This document shows, in pieces, positions 23,885-35,600 of a stretch of DNA of 64,000 bases. The translations under genes were made by a program, and so were the position numbers. The notes beneath the pieces are model-generated. The model was not told where the DNA came from. It saw only the letters and a program-made list of their open reading frames with translations, and searched no databases. Location: contig OZ024743.1 of NCBI GenBank assembly GCA_964016885.1, positions 99,324,001-99,388,000 on the forward strand, written 5' to 3'. Numbering within the stretch: the first letter of the stretch is position 1; the number at the start of each line of letters is the position of its first letter. Source of the DNA: Eledone cirrhosa. Lineage: Eukaryota.

Positions 23885-24555
23885 ACATGGTTATACGGAA
23901 CAGGAAGGACAACCGTAGGAACGCGCATGCGCAGAAACGGTCACTTCACACAGGCAATACTAAATTGTGTGCGAGGTGTAAGGGAGATAACTATGAAAGT
24001 CCGAAAGTTTCTAGTTGATAAGAAAATTAGGATGTTGTAATTCAATCCGGAGTTTTGTAGTTATGTAAGAGGTGTTTCCAGACATGTGGACAACATGTGA
24101 AGAATTCATTTCTTGAGTTTAGGCAATCGCTATTGTGTAATCTCTTTAGAATATTTATTCGTTCATCAATACATAGTCCACACGACAAGTATAGACTACT
24201 CCATTGGAAAGCCATCACAAAGTCCAAGCCATAGGCAAGGGGCAATCCGCCGTGTGGACTATGTATTGATGAACGAATAAATATTCTAAAGAGATCATGC
24301 AATAGCGATTGCCTAAACTCAAGAAATGAATTCTTCACATGTTGTCCATATGTCTGGAAACACCTCTTACATAACTACAAAACTCCGGATTGAATTATAA
24401 CAAAATCCTAATTTTCTTATCAACTAGAAACTTTCGGACTTTCAAAGTTATCTCCCTTACACCTCTTGCATGCAATTTAGTATTGCCTGAGTGAAGTGAC
24501 AGTTTCTGCGCATGCGCATTCGTACGGTTGTCTTTCCTGTTCCGTATAACCATGT

Positions 24556-24605
24556 CCAATACGAGCTGAGGATCCACTAAGGTGAAACAATTGTTCTTGG
24601 TATGG
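24556..24605 (+). ncRNA. Minimal hammerhead-like motif
   Basis: CCAATACGAG-CTGAGGA-TCCACTAAGGT-GAAA-CAATTG-TT-CTTGGTATGG. Stem III is palindromic, the triplet is GUU, and stem II is closed by U-U. Confidence 0.7.
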
Positions 24606-24627
24606 TGAACTAACTGTTGTGTAACCA

Positions 24628-24662
<35 letters not shown>

Positions 24663-24664
24663 TC

Positions 24665-25125
24665 CTCATCATCATCATTACTGCTTAACATCTATTTTCT
24701 TCACACTTGCATGGGTAAGATGGGTCGTCCACATTATGAGACAAGTCTGGCCAGTTGACAGTGCTGTACCTTGCTCAAACGGAACTGTATTTTGGCTGGG
24801 GTTTTTATAGCTAGATGCCCTTCTTGACACTAACCACATATATAGTGCGGAACTATATATATATGAAACTGTGTGAAGGAGAGAAGACTGCGTTGGTATG
24901 GCCATGTAATGTGCATGGAAGATGACCACTGGGTGAAGAAGTGCCAAGAAATCCTGGTGAAACGAAGTCACAGTAGGGAAAACCATGAGGTGGTGAGAGC
25001 TAACCTCAGATCGCTGAAGCTCACAGAGGAGATGATGAAGGACTGTGATGAATGGAGAGATGCTGTGCTGAAGAGGACCCATCCCACTCTTGCAAGCAAG
25101 GAAAAGCGGACCTAAAATGATGATA
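24665..25125. mobile_element. Two head-to-head RTE 3' fragments
   Basis: A minus-strand 3'UTR and tail at 24665-24850, and a plus-strand ERRLRWYGHV fragment at 24870-25125 ending in ATGATGAT. Confidence 0.8.
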
Positions 25126-25649
25126 TATATATATGTATATTTCCTAAGTTCTTAAGTTTATCAATACTAATCTGTGATGAATGTGTTCTCTCTTCTCTCC
25201 CCATTTATTTCAATGGTTCACATTTTTTAACACAATATCTTACTTTCTTCTTCTTGACTTTTTCCTTCTTTCTTTTCTCTTTTTCCTTTGTTTACCTCAT
25301 GAGAGTTTTGTACTATAAAAGCATGATACCTTTTCCTTGTTGTCACATGAAATTCTATGTGTACTTGTCATAGCTTATTTGCTATAAGTTACTGTTTTGT
25401 CTTGTCTCTTACTCCACAGGGCAACACTTTGACTTGTGTCAGATGCTGTGACCCCAGTTGGACCAGTAGTACTGTTGGTAGGGGTCCAACTGCCTGATGA
25501 CCCTGGAGTTCTGTGTCTTTAGTTTGTATTTTTATTGTTAAAAAATAATTTTTTAAGGTCTCCCCTTAAATAATCGTTTTTCATTTTGCCTTATTTTCAT
25601 TTGCAGTCTTGTACTCTTTTTGTTAATGTTCCTAAGTTTATATATATAT

Positions 25650-25905
25650 ATCATCATTTTATGTTTGCTTTTCCCTGCTTGCAAGGGTGGGACGGGAACT
25701 GATTCTGGCTTGATTTCTACAGCTGGATGCCCTTCCTAACACCAACCTCATTTACTGTGAGTGCTGGGTGTTTTTTGCCGTGGCACCTCCACAAACACTT
25801 TACAGTGGAATGATAGGGACCCCAGTCCAATCATCTCATTTCTACAGCTGAGTAAACTGGAGCAATGTGAAATAAAGTTTCTTGTTCAAGGAAACAACAC
25901 ATCAC
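25650..25905 (-). mobile_element. SINE family 1, lacking the tRNA head
   Basis: Near-identical to the tail and core of 6972-7308. Confidence 0.9.
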
Positions 25906-26129
25906 ATATATATATATATATAATATATATATATATATAGTTAATTTAAAGAATGATGTGCTCAGTGGCTGATGGTGTCTTCTTTTCTGTCTTTTAAAGG
26001 CCTCACCCTATTTTATAGCATCTCCACACATGAGTACATCATTATTTATATTAACTTTATATTCTCAGCACTTAGAATCCAAGAGATTGGCTACATATCT
26101 TCTTTGTTTATATATATATATATATAATA

Positions 26130-26815
26130 ACTGCCACGTCTTTACAGAAGAGGGGCATCTCTTCAATGAATTTCATGCTATTATGAACCACTGCCCATCA
26201 TAGGCTGCAGGCCAGTTTGATGACTGAACAGGATTTGTTTAGACCTCTAGAACTTTTCTATACTCTTGTAGTATGAGTGATCAGTGCATCCCCAACAAGG
26301 GATGCTCAGATGTTCAAGACTCCACCAAAACATGTTGCTGTTCAGGTTAACAGTGCAATGGTGCTAGGATGAGACTCAAGCCACCCACAAGTAGATTTGT
26401 GACTATGTGCTTCTATCTAATCAAGTCTGCACATGTTGCCACTCCTCCATTGCTATGGAACTTCTCAAGAATTACTCTCACATAAGTTTGGCAATGTTCC
26501 ATGCTACACACATAGCAGCCACTCTATCCTCGCCACTATGTGTCCAGTGAGAAGACAAGTTAAGGTAACAAGACAGTAACAAGGATAGCATGTGTTACTG
26601 TCTTGGATTTTAACCTCTCCAGGGTGTGTAGCTGTACTCACCACGCTAGGCCAATGGTGGGTTGGTGAGGCTATTTAACCCATAGTTGGGGTGGATGGTC
26701 GTTGACTCTGTGGAGTTCATCTGCCCTTTGACAGCTCTTGTTTTTGTGCTCCTGGGGTACAACTTACCCTCGTCTCCAGACCAATGTCTGGTGGGGGAGT
26801 CGGTTTAGTCACCGA
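26130..26815 (-). mobile_element. Degenerate RTE-like element with 5' end
   Basis: The minus strand GGTGACTAAACCGACT...AAAAACAAGAGCTGTCAAAGGGCAGATGA is related to the 5' end at 20550-20660. It is TA-flanked. Confidence 0.45.
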
Positions 26816-26817
26816 GA

Positions 26818-26868
<51 letters not shown>

Positions 26869-29260
26869 GGAGCAGCAGTAACAATCAGAACAATGTCTAC
26901 TTCAATGACGACTCAACTTAACCTATCCTCTTACTATATTTCATTATTGTGTTCAGATACCATTACCAGCAACAACGCAGATCAATAAGTCTTCATTTTA
27001 AACACCAATCACATCAGAGTTCTCAAATGCAACATTGAATCAGAGCTTAGTCATTTCAGCAAAAAAACTAAAAAGACCAAACCTAAAATGTTTATGATAA
27101 TATGATAAAATAGTGATAATGCAGACTCAGGCAGAATACTGTAGTATATTACTGCAGTGACGTGATAATAAAGTCAGTTTGTATACTAGTTGTCATGGAG
27201 ATACATATTATTGTATAAACTGCAACAATGGGGGAATTCTAATATAACCAATATTTATTGATTTAGATTTATATAAATATTTAATGAGATAATTAAAGAA
27301 TGAGCAAAACAAGATGTTAAATAGAACTCTTGCCTGCAACCAAGAAAGTTATAAAATATTGGATTGTTATAAAATCCTTTTCAAAGAATATCAAAATTTC
27401 AACGTTTATTTCCTATCTCAGAGTTTTCACATGTATTTGGTGAGCTCTGTGCAAGTTGATAGAGGAAAACAGTGAAATAAAAATTGAGGAAGGAACAATT
27501 TTCTTGTATGTTATCAAATTCACTGGAGTAAAATTCAGAGTATAAAAAATATGTTTGAGCTTTGCTGTTGAGACTTTAGTGGTTTTAAAAATATCTATAG
27601 AATTAAACCAACAGCTATCAATCCTTCCAAGTTGTTTAAAGATTATTTAAAGTCTATTTAAAAAAGAAATTATCCAGTATCTGATGCTTTATTGAGAAGA
27701 AAATGATAAAAATACTCTCTAACCACCTAAAAGTAAAATAGTATCTCAGTATATACTGTGAAAGATAAAGCAATATAAGAATCAAAATCTAAGAACATCT
27801 TTTTAAACATTTATACCTGAGGAGCTAGATGAACTGAGATGCTCAGGTAAATGCTATGCTGTGTAAGAAACAAATGTATTTACATTACATGTATGAAACA
27901 AGTGATTTAACGCCATTTTCCTTGCTAAAGCAAAGGGCAACCTGGAATGGCTCTTCCAGCACATCTGCCTCACTATCCTCCAGGGAAACACCTTCTCTAT
28001 TCTGACTGCCAGCACATGGGACCGCATTTGTTCATAAGAGTGAGAGATGGGGAGGGCAGGAGAGACACAGGCAGTGGGAGTTTGGTTCTTTTGTGTTTGA
28101 ACCTGGTTTATATATATATATATATACGTTTCACAGACACACACTCATGCATCTACCATATAAAGCAAAGAATAATTCAATCGTAAGGTTGTGATTCAAT
28201 GCCGTATGTCCTTGAGCAAGACACTTTATTTTACATTGCCCCTTCTACCTGGAGCTGTGACCAATAGAGAGTATTAGCAATTGAAAAGACAAACAGAAAC
28301 ATTGTTTCCTCGGTTCAATTTGACAAAAGTTGATCAACTGTTGATATCTTTGTACTGTGTGTATGGGCTTCTGTAGTTTCCATCTATTAGATTTCACTCA
28401 CAAAACATTGGTCAACCCAAGGCTATCATAGAAGACACTTGGAAGACACCCAAGGTGCCATGCAGTGAGACTAAACTTGAAATCACATGTTAGCGAACTC
28501 CTTCACCACACTGCCATGCTTCAGCCATTTGTATGTCTTAATTGCATTAGAAAGAAGTATGCATTTCTCGCCTTCCACTGAAATTCCTTTTTTTTTTCTA
28601 CTGTAGAATCAACTGTATTGAAAACAAGAAGACATATATTGCTGGAAATGGGGGTGGCTCCAATCTCAGGTTATGTTATTGCTGCTGCCGCATGCACGAA
28701 ATATGATTTAAAACTATTATTTTCCAGCTCTAATAATATTAATCATCTAAGTAATTGGTTTTGATTCAGAGAAAAACTATAAGCAGTTGATGTGTTGCCA
28801 CTGACAGAGGTGGTTTAACCTGTTTTTACTGATGCTCCTTTCCCTTACACACACAGACAGAGATAAACTCACACACACATATATATATATATTTGTATAT
28901 ATATATATATGTATGTATATATATATATATATATAAATGTGTGTGTGTGTGTGTGCGTATGTGTGGTATACAGATATAAACAGATTTATGTATGAATCTC
29001 TAAATGCTTATAACTGTGCATTACTGTAAGCACCTGCATACTCATGTATATGTGTGTGTGCATGTGTATGCGTGTGTGTGCATGTTTAGTTAGATATACC
29101 CCCTATATCCATATGTATTCAGTATATGTGTGCAACTCTCTATGTGAACATATATTCCTCAACAATATTTAACACACCATTTTTATTGCTCTCCAGTCTT
29201 GGCAACTCAAATCCTATTATTCAAACATTATGCGTATTAGAAATCAATTATCATACATAA

Positions 29261-29309
<49 letters not shown>

Positions 29310-29546
29310 TATGTATATATATGTATATATTTTATATATATATATAAAACGATCTGATAAAAAGATCAGAAGGTAAAATCTTTTAAACACACAAACTCAT
29401 ACAAATTTATAGATGAAACAACATACATAAATATAATGTATATCGTCATCATCATTTAATGTTGTATGTATATATAAGTATACATATATATATAGATGTA
29501 TATATGTATATATGTATATATATATATGTATATGTGTATATTTATA

Positions 29547-29580
<34 letters not shown>

Positions 29581-29889
29581 ATCATCATCATCATCATCAT
29601 CCTTTATATATATATGTATCTGTGTGTGTATGAATATTGACATATATATATACATAAGCACATCTATTTATGCATATATATATATATATATATATATTTG
29701 AGTTCATTGACACACAAGTGTCTTTGTCTTCTCCCTTTTACTTCATATGTTTGTGGAATGCAATATTTTCTGTAGGTTTATCATACCTATCTTATCTCAA
29801 TGTTTACATTCAAGCTTAAGTATATGTACATATATATATATGTACATATATATATATACATATATAAGTATATGTACATATATATATAT

Positions 29890-30030
29890 GTCCAAAAATA
29901 GCCATCAAAACGGCTTGAGCTCTGCCGTCGGGGTTAAACTTTTTCCTATTACCCACTCTACTACCCTAAGTATTGAGCACTCTGGTGCGTTATGGTTCAT
30001 CTGGTTCCTTACCACACCTCCTTCGTTATA
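29890..30030 (+). mobile_element. Short TA-flanked PLE-like repeat carrying the 3' half of a hammerhead (related copies 34340-34480 + and 61790-61930 -)
   Basis: The three copies share GAAA-CGGC-loop-GCCG-TC-GGGG (AAAA in place of GAAA in this copy), then TTTTCCTATTACCCACTCTACTAC and GAGYACTC. Confidence 0.65.
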
Positions 30031-30099
30031 TATTATATATATATATATATAAATAAATATATATAAATATATATAAATATATATATATATAAATATATA

Positions 30100-30436
30100 T
30101 TTATTTGGGTTTGTTGGTTCACCACTGGATAGAACTGGTCATTCTGTGTGGTCAGCCACAATGTAATGTTATGGAGAGCACTCAACGTAATGCAACTACC
30201 TGTCTTCGTTTGTGTAGTTGGTGGTGCGAGTACAGAGTTAATTATTACAAAATAACAGGAGGCAAGTTGTGTCTCTGATTTTCAGCCCCATGGATTTTAT
30301 CTGCTATATTCCTTTATTATATATTGAATACCGGATGATGTCACCGGATTCATACCGAACCCGGTCATTGAAATGATCATAGTATAATAAACCTTTCAAG
30401 GATTTACACCAGAACTTGCCTCCTGTTATTTTGTAG

Positions 30437-30440
<4 letters not shown>
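30100..30440 (+). mobile_element. PLE pseudo-LTR remnant with short inverted duplication
   Basis: Inverted repeat 30244-30268 / 30413-30437, a hammerhead motif, AATAAA and (TA)n flanks. Confidence 0.65.
30328..30385 (+). ncRNA. Minimal type I hammerhead-like motif (U4G core variant)
   Basis: ATAC-CGGATGA-stem II (ACCGG/CCGGT)-GAAA-TGATCA-TA-GTAT, then AATAAA. Confidence 0.7.
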
Positions 30441-30476
<36 letters not shown>

Positions 30477-30477
<1 letters not shown>

Positions 30478-33400
30478 TTGGTACCATAAATGTAGGCACC
30501 CTAAAGGGTCGCGCTAACGAGGTTGTAGAAATGCTTCAACGTAAGGAGGTCGATGTTTGTTGTATTCAAGAGACCAGGTGGAGGGGTGGGTCTGCTAGAT
30601 TCATTGAGGGTAAAAAACGATGTTATAAGCTTTTCTGGGTGGGAAACGACGATGGGCTGGGTGGAGTAGGAATCATGGTAGCAGAAAAGTGGGCAGATAA
30701 GATAATGGACGTAAATAGAGTGAACGACAGAATAATTAAAATACGACTTGTCCTCAATAGAACTACGGTGACAGTAACATCTGCGTACGCACCCCAGTCC
30801 GGACTGCCCGGCACTATAAAAGACAGATTCTATGAGACACTGTTGCTAACTACCTCCCAAATATCTGACAGTGACTATATAATTATTGCAGGCGACCTAA
30901 ATGGTCACGTTGGACAACATTGTGACGGCTACGACGAAATCCATGGAGGCTATGGGTTTGGTACTAGAAATGAGGAAGGCTCCAGAATCCTGGAATTCTG
31001 TGATGCAAATAACCTAACTATCTGTAACACTAACTTCAAAAAACGTGACAATCACCTGATCACCTATAGATCCGGGGAACACACAAGCCAGGTAGATTAT
31101 ATCCTTACCAGAAGACGTGACAGAGTGTCTGTTGTAAACACTAAATCCCTCCCCCATGAAGAATGCACCTCCCAACATAGACTGATAATTAGCGACCTCA
31201 TAGTCAGGACGAGACGTACTCGACAGCAGAAGAGGACTATCCTCAGGAGAAAAATATGGAAGCTAAAGGACCCCACAGCCAGAAATAAATTTCAAAGCAT
31301 ATTACTTGATGCTTTCGACAGTAAGGAAGAACATTTAGAGTCGGACAATATAGAGGGACAGTGGGAATTTCTGAAAGCAAACCTGCTGTTGGCGACAGAC
31401 GAAGTCTGTGGCTGGAGCAGGCCTGTAGGCAGGAGGAGAGTAACATGGTGGTGGAACAGTAAGGTGGAGGGGTCAATTAAGGCCAAAAAGCAGGCTTGGA
31501 AAGTATGGCGGGATGGGGGAAGTAGAGTAGACTATCAAGTGGCCAGGAGGGAAGCTAGGAGAGAAGTGTACTTAGCAAGAAGGGAAGCTGAGGAAAGAAA
31601 GTTCAAGCATGTTCTACAACGCGATGACCAAAAACGTGAGGTGTTCAGGATTGCTAGGCAATGCGTCAAGGAAAACCGTGATATTGTCGGGGAGAAGTGT
31701 GTACTTAACGATGATGGCATACTTGCCATCACTGACACTGATAAGAAGGTAGCTTGGAAGTGTCACTATGAAAGGCTACTAAATGAGGAGAATAAATGGG
31801 AGAAAGACAGTCTCCCCCATATCGACCCAATAGAGGGACCAGCAGTGTTAGTCGAGGGGAGTATAATAAGTAAGGCAATCAAGGATATGAAGACGGGTAA
31901 GGCGGCTGGGCCTTCAGAAATAGTTGCTGAGATGCTGAAGGCATCTGGCACGGTGGGACACACCATGGTCACCCGCATAGTTAACCAAGTCGTACAGAAT
32001 GGGGTTGTTCCGAAGGACTGGCATAGCAGCTTCATCGTTAACTGTTATAAGGGTAAAGGAGACGCCCTAGATAGGAGTAACTATAGAGGCATTAAATTAA
32101 TCGACCAGGTCATGAAGGTCACGGAAAAAGTAATAGCGCAACTAATCAGAGAGAGAATTGACCTAGATAAAATGCAGTTCGGGTTTGTGTCAGGCAAAAG
32201 TACCACAGACGCTCTTTTCATAGTACGACAACTACAGGAGAAGTACCTAGCTAAAGGTAAACCCCTCTACTTAGCTTTTGTCGACTTGGAGAAAGCCTTC
32301 GACAGAGTCCCCCGCTCCATTATCTGGTGGGCTCTTAGAAAACTAGGCGTTGACGAATGGCTTGTGAGGGCTATACAAGCCATGTATAAAGAAACAGTCA
32401 GCAAGGTTAGAATTAACAACGAATATAGTGAAGAGTTTAGTGTAAAAGTTGGCGTCCATCAGGGCTCTGTTCTCAGCCCCCTACTATTTATTATTGCCCT
32501 TCAGGCTATAACAGAGGAGTTCAAGACAGGCTGCCCATGGGAACTCCTATATGCAGACGACCTGACACTCATAGCGGAATCAATGGCCGAGCTAGAGAAG
32601 AAATTCCAAACATGGAAGCACGGCCTAGAGTCAAAAGGACTTAAAATTAACCTGGCTAAGACCAAAGTTCTAATTTGTAGGAAAGAAAACAAGGCGGCGG
32701 TCCCTTCTGGGAAATGGTCGTGCTCGGTGTGTAGGAAAGGCGTAGGTAGAAACTCCATTTTATGTCCTAAATGCAAAGTATGGGTGCATAAAAGATGTAG
32801 TGGGATCACAGGTAAGCTAACTAAGAACATAGATTTTACATGTGGCCGGTGTTCTGGTGCAATAAGTAGCAGCAAGTGCCCACAAAATACTAGCTCTTTC
32901 AATTGCGCAGAGGGTTCTATAGAAATAGTGGACAGCTTCCGTTACCTGGGCGATAAAATCAGCAGTGGGGGAGGGTGCTCTGAAAGTACTGTAGCTAGAG
33001 TCAGAACTGGTTGGAAAAAGTTCAGAGAGCTTATACCACTATTAGCTGCTAAAGGGTTCTCCCTAAAAATGAAAGGCAGGTTGTACGATGCCTGCATACG
33101 AACAGCAATGTTGCATGGCAGTGAGACCTGGGCATTGTGTGCAGAGGATATACGCAGACTAGAGAGGAACGAAGCTTGCATGCTCCGCTGGATGTGTAAC
33201 AGTAATATACGTGAACGGCAAAGCAGAAACGAACTAAGGAAAAAATTAGAGATAAGAGGGATCAGATGTTGTTTACTCGAGAGAAGGCTACGTTGGTATG
33301 GACACGTGATGCGCATGAAAGTCGATAGCTGTATAACAAAGTGCAGGGCAATAAAGATAGACGGTAGTCACGGAATAGGCAGACCTAGAAAAACCTGGGA

Positions 33401-33925
33401 CGAGCTGATAAACTCCGACATCACACACTTACACCTCTCCAAAACAATGTCACTGGACTGAGACCTTTGGCGGTACTCAGTAACAGAGAAGACCCGCCTT
33501 ACCTAAATATATATAGTAAAACCTACTCCAGCCAGTAGGCATCTCTAACAAAATATACCCCGTCCCACCACCACCACCCCCACCCCATCCACACCACCCC
33601 GTTCTATGTAAAGATATGTTGGTGCCGCGCCATCCAGGCCGAAACAAATGAGATCGTGTAGGCCAAAACAAATGAGATCGTGCAGGTGTCACGACAAAAA
33701 AACACACAGTCCACGCTGTAATGTGGCCGTGTAGGCAACACGGTAAAAACCTCCCAGACCCACACTGTAAATGTGGTTGGTGTTAGGAAGGGCATCCAAC
33801 TGTAGAAAACCTGCCAGACAGTCCTATGCGAGCAAGACAATCACTCTTGCCTCAAGTGGGACTACCCCCGTCCAAACCCATGCAAGCGTGGAACACGGAC
33901 GTTAAACGTTGATGATGATGATGAT
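30477..33925 (+). mobile_element. RTE family A LINE, nearly full length (5'-truncated in APE)
   Basis: The 976-aa ORF 30531-33461 is almost identical to the 9307-12537 protein. It has a premature TGA (from CGA) at 33459, a 24-bp tandem duplication in the 3'UTR near 33637-33685, and a (GAT)n tail. Confidence 0.97.
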
Positions 33926-34174
33926 ATATACATATTATCACCATTATCATTCTTGGTTTATATCTGCTTTTCTATGCCGGCATGATTTTGACAGGACTTT
34001 GGGGCAAGAAGAGTCAAGGTGGATATTTATGGTTGGATGTCTCTCCTGGTGTTAACCCAGTCCGATGCCTCTTACAACCAAATACTGAGGTAACACACCA
34101 TAAAACACAGATACACACATATATGTAAAGAGAGAGAAGGGAGAGAGAAGGGAGAGGAGAGGGGAATGATATAT

Positions 34175-34325
34175 ATAGTAATAATAATAAATTTGAAGAC
34201 TAAAATCCAAAGAGGGCTCGATAAGGACAAATATATATCAGATATATAAGAACCATAGAGGAAATATTTATTAAAATAACAGATTAAAGTTTAAGCAAAG
34301 AATCGCTGCTTTCACTCTGAAACTA
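34175..34325 (-). mobile_element. PLE pseudo-LTR tail with internally deleted hammerhead (same family as 38530-38960 and 48900-49020)
   Basis: Shared blocks TTTGAAGACTAAAATCCAAAGAGGGCTCGATAAGG and ATTAAAATAACAGATTAAAGTTTAAGCAAAGAATCGCTGCTTTCAC. Confidence 0.7.
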
Positions 34326-34486
34326 TATATAGGAAAATGAGTCCAGAAATAGCCGTCGAAACGGCTTGAGCTCTGCCGTCGGGGTCTTGAACATTTTCCT
34401 ATTACCCACTCTACTACACTAAGTATTGAGTACTCTGGTGCGTTATGGTACACCTGGTTCCTTACCACACTTCCTTTGTTATATAT

Positions 34487-35184
34487 ATATGGTCTTTAAA
34501 GCGATGAAATACCAATGATGGTTGGAAGATCACTGATGAAGGACTAACTTTATTCATATGTAACCCATTTGCAACCACGCAGCATGTTTGTTTTCATATT
34601 CACACATATATTTTCCCCCGCTGTGACCCGTCTATTTCGTTCTTACTGCTTCCTCTTTCTCTGTATCTTTACCCTCCCTAACAGTCACTCGCTCTGTTAG
34701 CCTCTTCCTCACCCTTCACTCACTCACTCTCTACTACTACCTCTCCTACTTCCTCCCGTTTGACCTGTGCGTAATTTTTTTCTCGCGCACGCTTGACCAG
34801 GCTGGTTGTTCCTTTTTTCTCTCTTGTCTACGATTTCACAGAACTTATGTTCACCGAATTCAAGGACTAGACTCCTTCTTCCTCCCGTTTGACCTGTGCG
34901 GAATTCCTTCCTTGCTCACATTTCGACTAGGTTTGATGGTCTTTATTCTCTCTCGTTCACGATCTCACCGAACTTATATTCATGGAAATCTGGGACTTGA
35001 CTCTTTCTTCCTCACTTTTCGTTGCATTACCATCTTTGTTTGTTTACATTCTCGCTCGTTCCCCTTATTTACGTGTCCCAACGTCTTTCTTTAGCCGTTG
35101 CTCGCACCAACCGGAGGTATATGGTCTTTAAAGCGATGAAATACCAATGATGGTTGGAAGATCACTGATGAAGGACTAACTTTA

Positions 35185-35190
<6 letters not shown>
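34487..35190. repeat. ~700-bp TA-flanked element with identical ~72-bp direct terminal repeats
   Basis: TATATGGTCTTTAAAGCGATG...CTGATGAAGGACTAACTTTATTCATAT at 34487-34559 and 35119-35190. An internal 23-bp repeat lies at about 34749 and 34878. Confidence 0.8.
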
Positions 35191-35230
<40 letters not shown>

Positions 35231-35419
35231 ATTCTATTTCATTTAGAACTGACTTCTACAGTAGAAGTATTGTGTTATTCTGACAATTTCCTTTCAGTTT
35301 TTACGCTATTTTATTGTCATCATCTATATCATCATTTAACCTACTAGCAAGGGTATATATACACATACATATATATGTGTGTGTGTGTGATGTTGACAGA
35401 TGTGAGAATAAGTACTTAA

Positions 35420-35600
35420 TACTGAAGCACAAGGCCAGCAATTACCCAGTGCATTACTGGTACTTTATTTTATCGACCCCGTAAGGATGAAAGGCAAAGT
35501 CAACCTCAGCAGGATTTGAACTCAGATCGTTAAGGGACATAACTATGCTGGAAAGAATGGCGTCCGACCCTCTACCGATACTGCCAATCCACTTTAATAA
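35420..35600 (-). mobile_element. tRNA-derived SINE family 2 (Meta-domain-like); other copies at 38990-39135, 39170-39360 and 48330-48515
   Basis: The minus strand has a B box GAGTTCAAATCC, then ACTTTGCCTTTCATCCTTACGGGGTCGATAAAATAAAGTACCAG, which resembles the Meta central SINE domain. Confidence 0.75.

Larger units (their letters stand above)
23742..24630 (+). mobile_element. 5'-truncated Naiad-type PLE with inverted pseudo-LTR (long palindrome)
   Basis: Inverted arms 23810-24184 and 24251-24630. The + strand from 24181 reads HDKYRLLHWKAITKSKP*ARGNPPCGLCIDERINILK..CLNSRNEFFTCCP, a GIY-YIG C-terminus like that of the PLE at 42137. Each arm has a hammerhead motif, and both ends abut (TA)n. 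Confidence 0.85.

Noticed and set aside
25430-25520. CTGATGA next to the hairpin CAGTTGGACC/GGTCCAACTG as a hammerhead
   Set aside because: There is no correctly placed GAAA, stem III or cleavage triplet.
27930-28110. Possible host exon (WLFQHICLTILQGNTFSIL)
   Set aside because: It matches the CRE retrotransposon C-terminal motif also seen near 15100, so it is treated as a TE crumb.
34505-34550. GAAA...CTGATGA in the direct repeat as a permuted (type II) hammerhead
   Set aside because: Stems I and II could not be paired convincingly.
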